Shown: positions 35,596-49,183, counted from the stretch's first letter. The stretch: DNA of 54,132 bases from Rhizaria sp. SCN 62-66 (GCA_001724265.1 MEDY01000193.1:1-54132); one strand, 5' to 3'. Numbers and translations are program-made. The notes: generated from the letters alone by a model not told the origin.

Positions 35596-37793
35596 ATGTT
35601 CGTGGTTTTGCTTGGCCTCGCGCTGCTGCTGCTACTCACCGGCTTCAGCGTCGTCCGCTACTACAGCGAGAAGACGACCGCCCACCCCTTATCGACCCTG
35701 ACAACGTCCCTCGCGCTCGCGTGCTCGCTCGCGTGCGTGCTCCTGATCCCGCTCGACGTCTTCGTCACCTCGGGCGCCGCCGCCGACGCCGCCGCAGCCG
35801 CGGCCGCCGCTGCCGCAGCCGCGGTGGTTAATAAGGCCGGCTCTGCAGCCTCTGCCTCCGCCGCCAGCACCAGCGCCGGCGCCCACCTCGCATCGCTGCT
35901 CGCGCCCGTCGCTGCGCCGGTGTTCGAGAACCTCAACGGACTCCTGATCAAGAACGCTTACTACGTCCTTTTTGCGGTTATTGCGACACTGGCGTTTTTC
36001 TTGCTGCCTTTTTCGTACTTTTTCGTCGAGGATGCCAACGACGATGACGACCTCTTCAACCAAGGCGGCGGCCGCAGCGGCGGCTGCTTCGACCGCTCGA
36101 TCAACTCCCTCCGCAACACCGCCATCTTCATTGCCGTCCTCGTGCTCTGCGTCGTCTTCGCTCTGTTCTACACTCCCGTCACAGCCAGCCTCCGCACCGA
36201 GGACCCGGCCAAACTTAAAGACGTGCACCATTGGGTCGACACCATCCTCCACGAGTGGGACGCCAACGCCCTAGAGCGTGGCCTAACTTTGGCGATCGGC
36301 GCCATGACCGTGCTCGGCCTACTCAACCTCTGCTACTACACTGCCTACGGGCTCGTCGCGCTGCCCGTCGCGCTGCTCAAGCGGCGGCCTAACTTAGAGT
36401 CGCAGCAGCTCTCGGTCGAGTACAACGCCATCACCCAACAGCAGAAGATCGCCCTGCTTGAGGAGAAGCTCTCCGACTCGACGCTCACCAGCGCCAAGCT
36501 GCGCGCGAAATTCTCCGAAGAGCTGCAAATTCTCCGCACACAGCACCGCGCCAACGCCAAGCGCCACGAGCGGCTGCAGAGCCAGAGCGCCTCCGAGAAC
36601 TCGTGCTCCGTCGACTGTGTCGCCACTACCGCGTGGAAGTGGCTCTACCCGCTCCGCTTTGCTATCGGGCTTGCACTGCTGGCGGTCGCCGCCAGCGTCG
36701 CGCTCGCGCTAGCGCTGTCGGGCGCCGACAAGCTCCTCCACTCGGGCTGCGGGCTCAAATGCGGCTTTATCTTAAACACGCCGGCGTGGGGGTTCAACCC
36801 CGTGGATATGCTGCTGCTGTACATCTCCCGCTTTTTCCCGCTGGATTTTGTCGTTTTCACTGTCTTTACGGTCTATATGCTGGTGTGCACGCTCTACGGC
36901 ATCATCACACTCGGTATCCGCGTCTTTGGGTTCCAGGTGTTCAAAGTTAAGCCGCGCCGCACGTGGCCCCAAGCACTGCTGCTGCTGTGCGCAATCGTGA
37001 TGTTTACTCTGCTCGGTATCATGGTGCAAACGCTCACTATCGCGCCCCAGTACGCCACCTTTGGCCGCCAGACATACCTCGCCGCGGCTGACAGCAACGG
37101 CTTGCTTTCCAACGCAGGCGGCTTACCTTCCGCGTCCGATGCGGCGTCGCTGAGCAAGGAGATGTATCTGCCGTGCACTCTGTCGCAGTCGACCCGCGTA
37201 GCGACCACGCTCGCGGCCTCTGGTAGGGCCAGTGACGCGGTGACGCACACGCAGTGCCTGCCCACGCGCCTCTCAAAGGTCACCGCGAGGTACGTGCATA
37301 TCGCGCCATATATACGCACTGTAAATTGCAAAAATATAAGTGTGTCTATAACGTTTTTTACTATTGTTTTATTTTGATATGTCTTTATCTCAGTGTGAAC
37401 AACACACTTTTCGTCACGTTGGCTCACTGTTGCTGATTGCTGCCTGCTGTTGCTTTCTCTTGTTGTATGTTTAGGTTGACTGTGACGTACCCGATTTTTT
37501 CAGTCCTCTTCTTCTGCGCGCAGTGGCTGTTCGTGGCCATGATTGTCGGCACCGGGGTCCTCCGCTGCATGCGTTCTGGTAACTCGAGCGGAACCTCTGG
37601 GTCGAGCAGCTACGACGACGAAGAAGGCGGCAACCGCCACAAGGACTACGACGACGACAACGACGACGACGACGAAGACAGCGCCAGTGACGACGATCAC
37701 GGCAAGAGCCGTGGCGGCGGCCGCAGTGGCAGCGGCAGTGCCTATATGCCGCTGAGGTCCAACGCGTCCTCGCGCCGCGGGCTACTAAAGTGA
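35596..37793 (+). CDS. LMBRD1: LMBR1-family membrane protein, LMBRD1 (lysosomal cobalamin exporter escort)-like, 670 aa; exons 35596-37289, 37475-37793
   Basis: Multiple TM segments, plus LIPLDVF, FFLLPFSYFF.E, YTAYGLVALP, CGLKCGFIL..NPVD..FPLDF and APQYATFGRQ. Intron 37290-37474. The gene ends in TGA. Confidence 0.85.
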
Positions 37794-38832
37794 GAAGCAC
37801 TGTAAGTTAAGCCGCGTTGGAGAGAAGCTAAGCCGCGGAATGTTGTGACTGCGATAAGATATAGAGGACACAGCGTCAGAAGTCCGTGGCACGTTGAGAA
37901 GGACTGGACTCGTACTGATAATTATAATGCTTCCGTATGAACTACTGAGTCGAACATGCGTGTGTACTCTTCTTGAGTAGGTCGTTGATTGCGAATCTCT
38001 GTGTGCGTACGTTGGCGAGGGCCAGCTTGATTCAATGCGAATTCATGTATTACTGTCAATATCTTTCAATAAAATGCTCAAAATTCTTGCAATCGTGCTG
38101 CTGTTTTTTCATCAACTGTCATTATGTACCGCTGTGAGGGACTCAAAGTCTGAAACAACGACAACGAATGGCATAGAATAGCTCGTTGCCACATTTCGTA
38201 GCAAGTTGCGTGTATACTTCATGAACAACAACAATCAAAAGGGTTCGAACAAGGCTTTTTTTACGACTGTGGTGTTGATTGTGATTTCGGATGCACATGA
38301 ATGATGATTATGACGATGACGATACAAATGTTATGATACAGTCGTCCGCATGCACAAGTGTAGCTTTAATCGGGACGTAACTTGTGACGTGCGTGACTTA
38401 ATTGCTTATTTCTCTACTTACCATCGGGTTACTCTTCATTACGCTCACCACTCAAGCTTGCGTGTCTTGATGAACACCTTCGTCAACAGAAAACAAAATG
38501 ATTTCGTCTGAAGAGTCATCGTCTGAAGACTACACGTGAATTTGTTTGTTTGTTTGTTTTATTTATTCAAGAACAGACTTCTGTAAACAACAGCAGGCCA
38601 TATGTCCAATATACGACAGCAGTGACTATGCACGTATTAATAACAGTGTGTTCAAAAGTGACTGTCAAACCGGAAAAGCTATATCATATCATTATTATCA
38701 TACACAATTTTGAATCTAAAATACTTATCACAAAAACTGAAACAACAAAAAGAACAAAAAACTATTATAAAAACACTTCTTACACAGTTCCGAACTCAGG
38801 CCGCCTCGTGAGCGTTGTAAGCGTTTTTACAC

Positions 38833-41652
38833 TTACATGCTGACCTTGACGACCTTCCACTGGAAGATGCATTTGTCGCCGCCGCCGGCAGAGAAAAGAT
38901 AGCGTTCGGTCAGGTCGAAGCGGATGCGCGGGACGTGCGCCGAGTGGCCCTTGTGGGCGCGGAAGCCGTTGTCGGGCTTGGCCGTAGGCGTGTCCTTGGC
39001 GGCGGGGAAGCGAAAGAGGTTCACCAGGCCTTCGTCGGTGCCGCAGGCAACGAGAGTGCGCGAGGGGGACGCGTCGACGCAGTTGATGTTGCTGTAGTCC
39101 TGCTCCTCGCTGCCGTCACCCTTGCGCCAGATGCCCATCACGGACCAGTCGAACTTGACCGAGACGGTGGCCCACGCAACGTCCTTGACCAGCGTTGCCG
39201 ACCGCTCCTGCGCGCTGTTCTTGAGCGCGCCCTCATCAATGGCGTGGTAAAGCAGCTCGTACGACAGCGAGATGGAGCGCAGGTAGGCGCTGTCGGTGCT
39301 GAAGTCGATGGCGAGTACGGCGGCCGTATGCTCCGTGAGCACCTTCTGCACCTTGTAGCCCGCGTCAACCGAGAGCAGGCAGATGCAGATGCCGTGCGTG
39401 CCGACCGCAAGCGTGCGGCCTGAGGGCGAGTAGCGCAGCGTCTCGATCCAGTTCTGGCTCTGGTTCGCCACCTGCCGCTTCCCGTGCGGGTTGAGGTCCA
39501 CGTACGCGACGCGCTCTAAGGTCGCGGCATCGAACACGGCCAGGAAGCCCTCGTTGGTGCCGACCGCAAGATGCTTGCCATCGGGCGAGTAGTCGATCGC
39601 GCGCGCCATCTGGTTGATGGGGAACGAGCTCGTCGTGCTCGCCGTGTTCACCTTGGGCATCTTGCCCTTGACAGTGTTGATCGGCGCCACCGCGACGGCC
39701 TGCTTGGTCGCCGAGTCCCACACGCACACCTGGTTGTCCTCGCCCACCGTAGCGTAGTGCGTGTTCCGGGGGTGCGGCGCCAGGCCCCAAACCTCGCCGT
39801 CGAAGTGCCCCCGCATCACCGGCGCGGGCAGCTGCTGGTAGTTCACGCTCGTGCCCAACGGCTCCTGCTTGTCGTAGGGAATCTCAAAGATCTCGCTGCC
39901 GCGCGTGCCAATAAGCAGGTCGCCATACGCGTTCGAGGACACAGAGCGCACGGCGTACTGGAACTCGGCCTGCCAGACGGGCTTGAGCTGCGAATCGAGC
40001 ACACACACGCGCCGGTCGTCGCCGCCCGTCACGAAGTGCTTGCCTTGTGGCGTGATGCTGTTGATCTTGCTCTCGTGCACGTGGAACACCTTGCGCGCGG
40101 TCCCGCGGACGTAGACATACACGCCGCCGTCGCCGCCCGCGATGAGCGTCTGGTTGCCCGTGAGCGTGTACACGGCGTGGGTATAAAGCTGGCGCGGCAC
40201 GTTGGTCATCGCGTTCTTGTTCTTGAGCTTGCCGGACGCGGCGTCGAAGGTCCAGAAGGCAATGTGGCAGTTGCCCACGGTCACGAGCTCGTCGCTCGCG
40301 CTCGTGGGGTTCCACGCAATGCTCAGGATAGACGTCTTGGCCGCACCTGTGGGCGTGCAAGTGTACAAGCAAGCAAGCAAAGAAAGGAATTAAGACAATA
40401 CAAATTAGGAATATGACATTTTTAGAATGTAAAAATTAACAGAAAGATTTTGAACAGTAAAAGATTGTTATTTGTCAAAATGTATCATTGTACGTCTTGA
40501 TACAAGTGAGATATAGCGTAATATTGTACGTACTGGGCCCGGAGGCGATCTGCTTGCCGCCCTTGACCTTCCAGTCCCACACGGTGACCGTGAGCTTATC
40601 GTCGCACGTGGCCGTGGCGAGGTAGTTGCCGCAGGGCGAAAACGCCAGCGCCGTGATGGCGCGCACACCAGCGTTCTCGATCTTCCACTGTTCGCGGGTG
40701 ACGGTATTGTGGATGCAGATCGACGGCGGGGCGGAGCGGCCGTTCTCCACGGTGGCGATCTGACCGGTGGCGACGATGTTGGGGTCCTTGGGGTGCTGCG
40801 TCAGGGAGACAACGTCGTCGTTGTGGCCCGTAAAGAAGGTCTGGGCGCGCGTCTCGGGGTCCATCGTGATAACGAGCGCCGCCGCAGGGTACACGATGTG
40901 GCCCTGAGACAGGAGGGGGGAGAATGAAGAGAAAACAACAAAATTGACCGTCCGATAACAAATATAAACGGTTAGCGAGATGAAAGTTTAGTTCAGTAGT
41001 GATTCGTGTAGTTATACATCGTTTGATGAAGAATAAACTTGATTGGTGTTGATTAAAAATGTTAGAAGTTGCATTTCGTGAAAGTGGAATTTGAAGCATC
41101 TACGAAAACGGCAAGTCACAAAAGAGCGAACAGAGTCCGCAAGACAAACTGAAAACAAAACAAAACTTGTGCAGTAGATGAAAAACACTACTTAACACTA
41201 GAACAACAGAAATAAATCTTCTTATAATGTTATATGCTGGAGATATCGTGAATGAACCGTACCTCTGCGTTGTAGATGAGGTTGTTGCGGGAGTCGTGGC
41301 AGCGGTATCCGTGGACAAAGTCCAGCGACAGCCCCTGGGAGGGTGCGCTCTTGTTGATGGGGGGCGCGTTCGACGGCGCGACCTTGACAACGCCCAGGAA
41401 CGGCTTGACAGCGAGGCCACGCGTGGCGCTAGTCTCTCCAGCTTCGCCGTTCTCGAGGAGCTCAAGCTCGGCCTCGATCTCATCGCGGGTGCGGAAAACG
41501 CCCTCTTCGTCGTCGGGATTGGGCTCAGAGCTCTCGTCGATGGCAACGTCAAGATCTTCGTCAATCGGGGTCGCCGCGCGGGGCGGGGACGGCGCGGCGG
41601 GGGCCGGCGCGGGGGTCGGGGCGGAGGTGGACGGGCCGGGGAGGGCAGGCAT
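38833..41652 (-). CDS. Echinoderm microtubule-associated protein-like (EML/EMAP; HELP + WD40 TAPE domain), ~757 aa; exons 41652-41263, 40903-40534, 40346-38833
   Basis: HELP motif APSQGLSLDFVHGYRCHDSRNNL, plus FFTGHNDDV, GHFDGEVWGLAPHP, GHSAHV and SAGGGDKCIFQW. The gene ends in TAA. The start is uncertain because a candidate acceptor at 41664 could indicate an upstream exon. Confidence 0.9.
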
Positions 41653-42621
41653 CGAACCTCGGTCTGGGGCGAGACGTAATACATGGGTGAGAAAGAGACT
41701 TAGCAACGAAATATTAAAACTTCAAAGAGAAACATCAATTAATAATCTAGAGTCGCGCTTAGAAGCCGAAGTGTCGAGAGGATACAGCATGACAGAAGTG
41801 GGCAGAAATCGTAACTTTGAACGGGCCAGTCTCTGAGGAGCTGCCACCCGTTACGATTTCGTTTCGACGGCAGGGCCGAAAAAAGACCGGCGAACGATGA
41901 ACGAACGAAGCGGAGGTCGCTGACTGGGACTGATTCATGGGGTGATATTAGTAGGTCGCAGGGAGAGGTAAAATGGCCGTCTATTACGAAAGTACAGTGT
42001 GTCTAGGAGATAATATGCTTGAAAGTGCCGTTAGTCGTCATTACTGCAATGCAGCTGGCTGTATAGGTGTCGGTATCTTGAGTCTCATATCCCCCTTTAG
42101 AACCCCTCTGCTCACCCCCTTTCGTGTCTCTCTTCGTCCCTTTGCACGCCTTGTCTCGCACAGCTACGCCAACAAAACCACGCTGTCAGCAAACAACTTG
42201 TACGTTTGTGTGTTTTCATTGCGGTACCGGTTTCTGTTTGCTTTACCCCGGCCCCAGAGCCCCCTCTGAAGGCAACCCTCTCACAGGCCCTGTCGCTGTG
42301 TCTCTTGAGCACTGCTCTCTCTCTGTCTCGCCAGCGCCTGCAAGTCTGCCCCGTGTTGCAGCAACAGCAATAGTGTCTGCGCTAGAGCAATAGCCCTTCT
42401 GTGAGCTTGCACTGCTGTCGTTTCTCGCCGCAACAACAACAACAACACCAGCGCGTCAGGTCATTTCTTCGTCACTATCCAGCTCACACGCAAGTCGACA
42501 GGAGAATTTGGACGTATTGAGGCACAACAAGCGATATACCTGCTGACACCGACAACAACCGCTCTATCTCTTCTTGTTTTAACTGTCGTAGCCTTGCGCG
42601 GCTGCTGAGCTTTAAAGCAAG
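41653..42621. promoter_or_regulatory. Divergent promoter region between the EML gene and the STK32-like kinase
   Basis: Head-to-head arrangement spanning about 970 bp, with a short (CAA)n tract near 42431 in the kinase leader. Confidence 0.45.
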
Positions 42622-44356
42622 ATGGGAGGTTGTTTGAGTCAGCAACAGCCCATGCCGAACCCCGACCGGGTCGACATGACGCACTTCGAAGAGGTACGTA
42701 CAGATCTGCAGAACTATAATATTCGCATAACAAACCACACCCCTAATGGCCACCTATAGATTCCACTCCAAACTCCAGCCATACCTGTTTCTTGTTTCCA
42801 CTTTACACTCAAAATTTCATCTTGCCAAATCTCACCAATCGTCCCCGTATTAATTATTGTTTTGCCTCTGCACTCTGCTGTTGCTTAGTACCAAACGATC
42901 GGCCGCGGCGGCTTTGGCACCGTCGTCGCCGTCGCCAAGCGCGACCCCGTGACCGGCAAGTGCCCGCCCCAGAGCCCCGAAAACCCTCTGTACGCGCTCA
43001 AGCGCATGGCCAAGGCCAAGGTGGCGCAGTCGCAGGTCAACGTCGACATGGTATGGCGCGAGCGCGAGATCATGATCATCAACACCGAGACGCTGCGCTC
43101 GCCGTTCCTCTGCTCGCTGCACTGGGCGTTCCAGTCGCCCGCGGAGCTGTTTCTCATTATGGAGTTCATGCAGGGCGGCGACCTCAAGTACCAGATGCGC
43201 GATAAGAAAAACACCAGCAAAGTCAAGCCGCTGGGCGAGGACGTGGCCAAGTTCTACTGCGCGGAGATCCTGCTGGCGCTGCGGGCGCTGCATTCGGTCA
43301 GCATCGTGTACCGCGACCTCAAGCCCGAGAACGCGCTGCTTGACTCGGAGGGGCATCTCAGGCTCGCAGACTTCGGCATCGCGACAAACTTGCAGCGCAA
43401 CAACGGGTTCAAGACCTCGGGACGCAGTGGTACGCTCATTAACCTGTGAATGATAACAATTGAGCCCAAAACGCTTGACTGCTATCACTCTTTCGACTCA
43501 CTGCCGATAGTGCTAAATGTGACTATATATCACTAGATGCATTCGTATTAAAACAAAATTGATATAATATATGTTTAATACCACAAATATTGATGTAATT
43601 TTTTGCTAAATCTCATCGATATATGCTACATAATTATGTTGTTGTTTTCTCATTTGACACTCTCGCAGGCACGTACAGCTACATGTCGCCCGAGATGCTG
43701 CTGCGCGACGAATACGGCACCGAGGTCGACCTCTGGGCCCTGGGCGTGACGTTGTACGAGCTGCTCCACGCCGACCTGCCTTTCCCGTCGCTCAGCCAAT
43801 CCGCGTCCGAGGAACAGATCAAGGCGCATTTTTCGGTCCCTCTCTCGTTCCACTCTAGCCTAAGCAAGGAAGTCAAGCACTTGCTCACGCGGCTCCTGCA
43901 CCCCGACCCCGCCAGGCGGCTTACCTTGTGCTCGCAAGCCATCGAACACCCCTTCTTCGCCTCCATCAACTGGCCCCTTCTCAAGCGCAAGGAAGTCAAG
44001 CCGCCCATCACACCCGAGCAGGGCGTCGCCAATTGCACTGCCGCCGCGGCGCTCGAGGTCGCCTTCATGGACGAGCCGCTGCGGCCCGTGTCGGCCGAGC
44101 TCCAGGAGCTGTTCAGCGAGTACGAGTATGTGCGGCCCAACCTGACGCGGCTGCAGCGTCGCGGCACGGTGCGGGACGCAACCACGGCCGGCGTGCCCAG
44201 CGACATCATGCGGACCAACAGGGAGAATGTGGAGCAAGAGTGGGAGGTCATGCAGCAGGAGCATGACAAGCACGAGAAACAACAACAGGAAGTCGCTGCC
44301 GCCGCCGCCGCCGCTGCTGCTGCCTCTGAGCTCGATCAGGAGCCAACAGGACAAGG

Positions 44357-44388
<32 letters not shown>

Positions 44389-45101
44389 GGAGGGGGAGTG
44401 CCAGCGCCGGCGCTAGTGCTCGCGGCAGTGAAAGGAGGAACTCTGCGTCGACCTCTAAAGGTGCTGGCGGCCACGCGACCCCTTTAGACGGCGTAAGTAC
44501 CCCTTCGGAGCAGCGCAACTCCCCACGGCTTCGCGCCCGGGCCAGCGCCAGTGCGAGTGCCAATGGTGGAGTTGGCGGCAGCAGCAGCAGCCGCAACCCC
44601 AGCCGCAGCCCCAGTCTATCCCCTGTCCCTGATAACAATGTAAGTGGCGGGTACAACGCTCTAAGTGCCACCACGAAGTCCAGCCCTAGTCCCAGCCCGA
44701 GCCCCCGACTCAATCCTCAAAACAACAACAGCAACAACAACAACAACTACAACGCGAGCACGAGCACGAGTACGAGCGTCAATAGTAACGGGCGGGGGAT
44801 AGTTGCGCTCAACTTAGACGGCAACAATAACAACAGCAACAACAACAACAACAACCAGAGCCGTGCGAGCAGCCGCGCCCACAGTCGTCAGCCCAGCCTC
44901 GGCGGCAACGGCAACAACATCAACAACATCAACAGCAACAGCAGCAGTGGGAATGCGACGAGTAATAGCGCCAGTCCCAGCAACGCGATGGTGGGGATTG
45001 AGATTGACAGCGTTGTCATCGGCCCTATCGGCAGCAACGGCGGCGGCACGAAGACGAAGGAGGGCAGCGGCAGCGGTCGAAAGAAGGGCGGGAAGAAATA
45101 A
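42622..45101 (+). CDS. AGC-group Ser/Thr kinase, STK32/YANK-like, 681 aa; exons 42622-42693, 42889-43429, 43669-45101
   Basis: MGGCLS..VDMTHFEE|YQTIGRGGFGTV, YALKRM, MQGGDLKY, YRDLKPENALLD, DFG, G|TYSYMSPE, and an AGC tail KPPITP..ANC. Both introns are GTACG..AG and in frame. The gene ends in TAA. Confidence 0.85.
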
Positions 45102-46822
45102 GTGTTTACACATCATCTAAGTAAGTGGCACTGACACTGAAGCGCGCTGTCTCGAGTTAATTCCGACTTCGCTGAATGAGTAGAGTAGCGGTGACCAGCT
45201 TGGTGAAGCAACCCTTGCTGTAGTGTTATTTCGTGTTGGATCCGTAATGAAACTCACTGCTTTCTGAATAATTACTGACGCATTCGTGCAGTTCGTGCTG
45301 TCATTGTTGTTGTTGCCTTTCCTTCGGATTTTCTTTCGGATTTTCTTTTTCGTAATTTGTAATTCATTAGTTTTGATTCTGTCCGCCTCCTTTTCTCTTT
45401 CCCTTCCTTTTTGTTTGCTTTCTCTTTCCCCCCCTCCTTCTCTTATCATTTGTAGTGACTAAGTTTGCTCGATACTGGTTGCTCGATACTGGCTTTCTCC
45501 GTATTTGCTTGATTTCCGTTTGTATTTTTCCCTCTATATATATATCTATACTAGCTCTAATAACCCTCTAATACTTCCCTTAGAATATGATGTGTCTTAT
45601 TTGTTGATCCCTTTTTGTGTCTTTTCACAAGCAAAGGATTGTGTGTGTTGAGTTGTGTTGTTACTCGTCTCATCAATTTTTCAGTGGGCTTTATATTAGT
45701 CTTATATTAGCGTCTTATAGTCAATTTTTGCGTAGGTTGTTTTAAGCGCCGTTTTCTGTGTTATGTCTCTATGTTTGTTGTATGATGTACATCGATGTAA
45801 TTACGTATATCAGTTATATTGTCGTGTCACTGCTCTCATACAAAGGTACCTTTTTCTGCTGAGCAGTCGCACCGTTTTAAAGATGACAAACAGTAGTCTC
45901 ACTTCGATCTGTCATTGTATCGCCGCATAAATATGTATGTTATAAATTGCTTAATTTAGTGATTCTTGAAACTACTCCGATCTTAACCAAGCTTTATCAC
46001 TTAAACACCACTTATCTTTTCGATGTTGTAACAAAACTTACTTTTAAGCATAACATGCGCAAATCAAGTATAATTTTGTCAAGACAAACACATAGTATGG
46101 AATACACTATTTTAAATAAATCACTTTGAAATTACTTTTACTCCTTATGACTACATGGATATACCGCGACTTTTGTGATCTTTTCAAGTGAATCAACAAG
46201 CACTGCGCCTGCTCACAGTCACCTACTCCGGCTGACTCGCTCTTGCCTTCGACCAAGCGAGGGCGCACTTTATACTATCTGATCTCACTATTAAGAACGT
46301 CATTATGCTCAGTAATTGGACCTAAGAGAAAAAGTATTTTTGAAATGCTCCATCTTTATTTCCTATTAATTTATGCCCCGTTCTTGACGCCTATATCTTA
46401 CTTTTCCACCGACCTACGTCGCCCTCTTCTTCGATCGCTTGCGCTCTCTCCCACAGCCTCCTACACTCTCACACCAACACCACTTGTTTGTGCTTCACAA
46501 CAAAGCAAGCTTTTCCGCTTGTTTTCTACGTGACCCCGACCCCCAGAGCCCCTGGTGTCTGGTTTCTGTCTTGTTAAGCGCGGTTCTACGCAGCCTTAGC
46601 GTGCTTCATATCAGGCAGAACTCGATCTTTCCTTTCACTCTTGCTACAGAAACGCCGTCGGTTGCTTTCTTTCTGCTCTCAGCACAACTAGCTCCTTCTT
46701 GTAGTGCGCTACAACTCTACGTTGCTCGCACTTCAAGCAGCCTTTGCGAACCCTGTTACCTATCGCATAACAGCTCCTCCTCCTCCCACCTTTCACGAAC
46801 CTCTCTCTCTGACCACGACAAC

Positions 46823-49183
46823 ATGAGTGCCCAGCTCTCGACCGGCGCCCTCAACCTTGAGGCCTTCAAGGAACACGCCGTCAAGGAGCTCTGCGCGCTC
46901 CTCGACTCTTTCCCGGGCGACAAGGCCCTCGTGATCGACCCCGCGCTCTCGGGCCCTCTTGGCCTCGTGGTCTCGGTCAAGACTATGCGACAGCACGGCG
47001 TCACCGAGTTCATGCTGCTCAACGCGCCCACGCTCAACACCAACTGCGGCAACGTCATCTATATCACGCGCCCCGAGCCCGAGCTCATGCCACTCATCGC
47101 CAGCCAGATCCAGTCGCGCCTCGCCCGCACCAGTACTATGGGCGGCGGCGGCGGCGCAAACTCAAACCGTGGGCCCAACAACGCTGCCGCGGCGGGCACC
47201 AACTACGGCGTGTACTTCACCCCGCGCCGCACGCTGCTGTGCGAGAAGGCGCTGGCGGACCTGGGCGTGAGCGACTACGTGCAGACGGGCGAGTTTCAGC
47301 TCGATCTCATCCCCTTCGAGTCAGACACGCTATCTCTAGAGCTGCCCGGAGCGTTCCGCGAGTGCTTCATCGAGGGTGACCCGTCATCGCTTATGGTTGT
47401 GGCGCGCGCGCTTGTCAGGCTCCAGTCCATTTATGGCATCATTCCACTCGTCAAGGGCAAGGGCAATGCCGCTCACAGGGTGATGCAGCTTATGCACCGC
47501 CTAAAGGCAGAGCTCAACAGCAGCTCTAGCAACAGCGGCACTGGCAGCAACGCGGTGGACGTTGTCGGCGGGCATATCTTGCCGCAGATTGAGCAACTCG
47601 TGCTCATCGACCGCGCCACTGACCTGCTTTCGCCGTGTTTAACACAGTTCACGTATGAAGGACTGTTGGATGAGCTGTTCCGCATCAAGAACGGCAGCAT
47701 CGAGGTCGAGAAGGAGAAGGAGACCAAGGACGGCGAAGTTAAGCCGCCCGGCGCGGGAGCTAAGCCGCCCGTAATGGAGAAGAAAAAGCTTCCCCTCAAC
47801 TCGAGCGACATCCTTTTCACCGAGATCCGCGACCTCTCGTTCCGCGGGCTCGGCGGGCTGCTGCACCGCAAGGCGGAGCACATCAAGGAGACCTACGCAG
47901 AGCGCCACGCCGCGCAGTCTGTGCAGGAGATGCACTCATTCCTGGCCAAGTTCAAGATCGCCCACCAGGAGCACACGCTGCTGCAGTCCCACATCGGGCT
48001 CGCCGAGAAGGTCTCACTCGCCGTCCGCACCAAGGCCTTTGACCGGCGGCTCGAAATGGAGCGGCTCATCCTCTCTGGCGACGAGCAGTCGCTGGTGGAA
48101 GACTACCTCGAGGACATGATCGGGCAAAAGCAGCCTTTCCCGGCCGTTTTGCGCGTTCTGACGCTCATTTCACACACCACAGGTGTCAACAAGCGCAAAA
48201 TCGACCACTTCAAGCGCGAAATCGTACAGACCTACGGCTACCAGCACGCGCTGACGCTCAACGCGCTCGAGCGCCTGTCGGTGCTGCCGAAGCAGCCGCG
48301 GCGCGTGGACTGGACCAAACTCCGCCGGCAGCTGCGCCTCATCGAGCCCGTCCACGAGAATGGCGGCAACAACGCTAACGACAGCACCTCTGCCGGCGGC
48401 GGCGGCGGCGCTGGCGGCCAGACTCTGAACCCTTTAGCGAACGGCTCGCTGTGGCCGGTGGCGGTCAACCAGGATTACTACGCGCAGTTCAACGGCGTTG
48501 CCCCGTTGTCCGTGCGCGTGATCGAGATCGCGTCCCAGCCTGCGGGGCTGCGCAAGTGGGACGAGCTGGTCTCGCAGCTGCCCGGCAAGGCGTTCGAGTA
48601 CCGCCAGACGCTGCCGGCAACAGTGAGCTGCCGCATGCTGCCCGTGCCCGGCTACGACCTCGCGGCGCCCGCTGCGGCGTGTTTGGATGGCACGGCGACG
48701 GCGACGTCCACGACCGCCGCCGCTGCCGCAGCTGCAGCCGCCGCCGCAGCCGCTGCCACAGAAGGAGGGTCTAGTGCCGTCGCCGCTGCTGCTGCTGCCG
48801 CTGCTGCCGCCGCCGCTGCTGCTGGCAACTCTGGTCTGAGCTCCGGCATCAGCAGCAGTGTCAGCAGCAGTGTCAGCAGCAGTGAGCTGCTGAGCGGTGT
48901 CGTGTGGCGCAACAGCAACCCCAGCGCCAACGCCGCGGGCGCCGACGGGCAGGAGGACGACGACGACAGCAACGGCGGCGGCGGGAAGAAGAAGCCCGTC
49001 ACTCTGGTCTTCTTCATCGGCGGCGTGACGTTTGCCGAGATCAGCGCGCTGCGGCAGCTGAGCGAGAACGAGTATCACAACCGGGAGTACATCGTTGCCA
49101 CCACGAAGCTCATCAACGGGACCACCATGTTCGAGACGGCGTTTCCCGAGATTGAGAACCACTTGCAGCGCAACACGCTCTAA
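46823..49183 (+). CDS. VPS33: Sec1/Munc18-family vacuolar sorting protein VPS33 (786 aa, intronless)
   Basis: LLDSFPGDKALVIDPALSGPLGL, YFTPRRTLLCE, DLIPFESDTLSLE, LIDRATDLLSPCLTQFTYEGLLDE and LVFFIGGVTFAEISALR. The first ATG is at 46823, in the ORF-track frame. The gene ends in TAA. Confidence 0.95.
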   Translation: MSAQLSTGALNLEAFKEHAVKELCALLDSFPGDKALVIDPALSGPLGLVVSVKTMRQHGVTEFMLLNAPTLNTNCGNVIYITRPEPELMPLIASQIQSRLARTSTMGGGGGANSNRGPNNAAAAGTNYGVYFTPRRTLLCEKALADLGVSDYVQTGEFQLDLIPFESDTLSLELPGAFRECFIEGDPSSLMVVARALVRLQSIYGIIPLVKGKGNAAHRVMQLMHRLKAELNSSSSNSGTGSNAVDVVGGHILPQIEQLVLIDRATDLLSPCLTQFTYEGLLDELFRIKNGSIEVEKEKETKDGEVKPPGAGAKPPVMEKKKLPLNSSDILFTEIRDLSFRGLGGLLHRKAEHIKETYAERHAAQSVQEMHSFLAKFKIAHQEHTLLQSHIGLAEKVSLAVRTKAFDRRLEMERLILSGDEQSLVEDYLEDMIGQKQPFPAVLRVLTLISHTTGVNKRKIDHFKREIVQTYGYQHALTLNALERLSVLPKQPRRVDWTKLRRQLRLIEPVHENGGNNANDSTSAGGGGGAGGQTLNPLANGSLWPVAVNQDYYAQFNGVAPLSVRVIEIASQPAGLRKWDELVSQLPGKAFEYRQTLPATVSCRMLPVPGYDLAAPAAACLDGTATATSTTAAAAAAAAAAAAAATEGGSSAVAAAAAAAAAAAAAAGNSGLSSGISSSVSSSVSSSELLSGVVWRNSNPSANAAGADGQEDDDDSNGGGGKKKPVTLVFFIGGVTFAEISALRQLSENEYHNREYIVATTKLINGTTMFETAFPEIENHLQRNTL

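Noticed and set aside
41664-41938. Possible upstream coding exon for the EML gene (ATG ~41938, donor GTAACG ~41854, acceptor 41664)
   Set aside because: This splice would be out of frame with the EML ORF. It is at most a 5'UTR intron and was not counted among the 20 introns.
46439-46822. 128-codon N-terminal extension of VPS33 in the ORF track
   Set aside because: It starts at TTG and is pyrimidine-rich and UTR-like. Recognisable VPS33 sequence begins at ATG 46823.
23191-49183. Functional gene cluster (cilium/microtubule or lysosome genes adjacent)
   Set aside because: IFT80, EML, LMBRD1 and VPS33 are interspersed with unrelated housekeeping genes, with no evidence of co-regulation.
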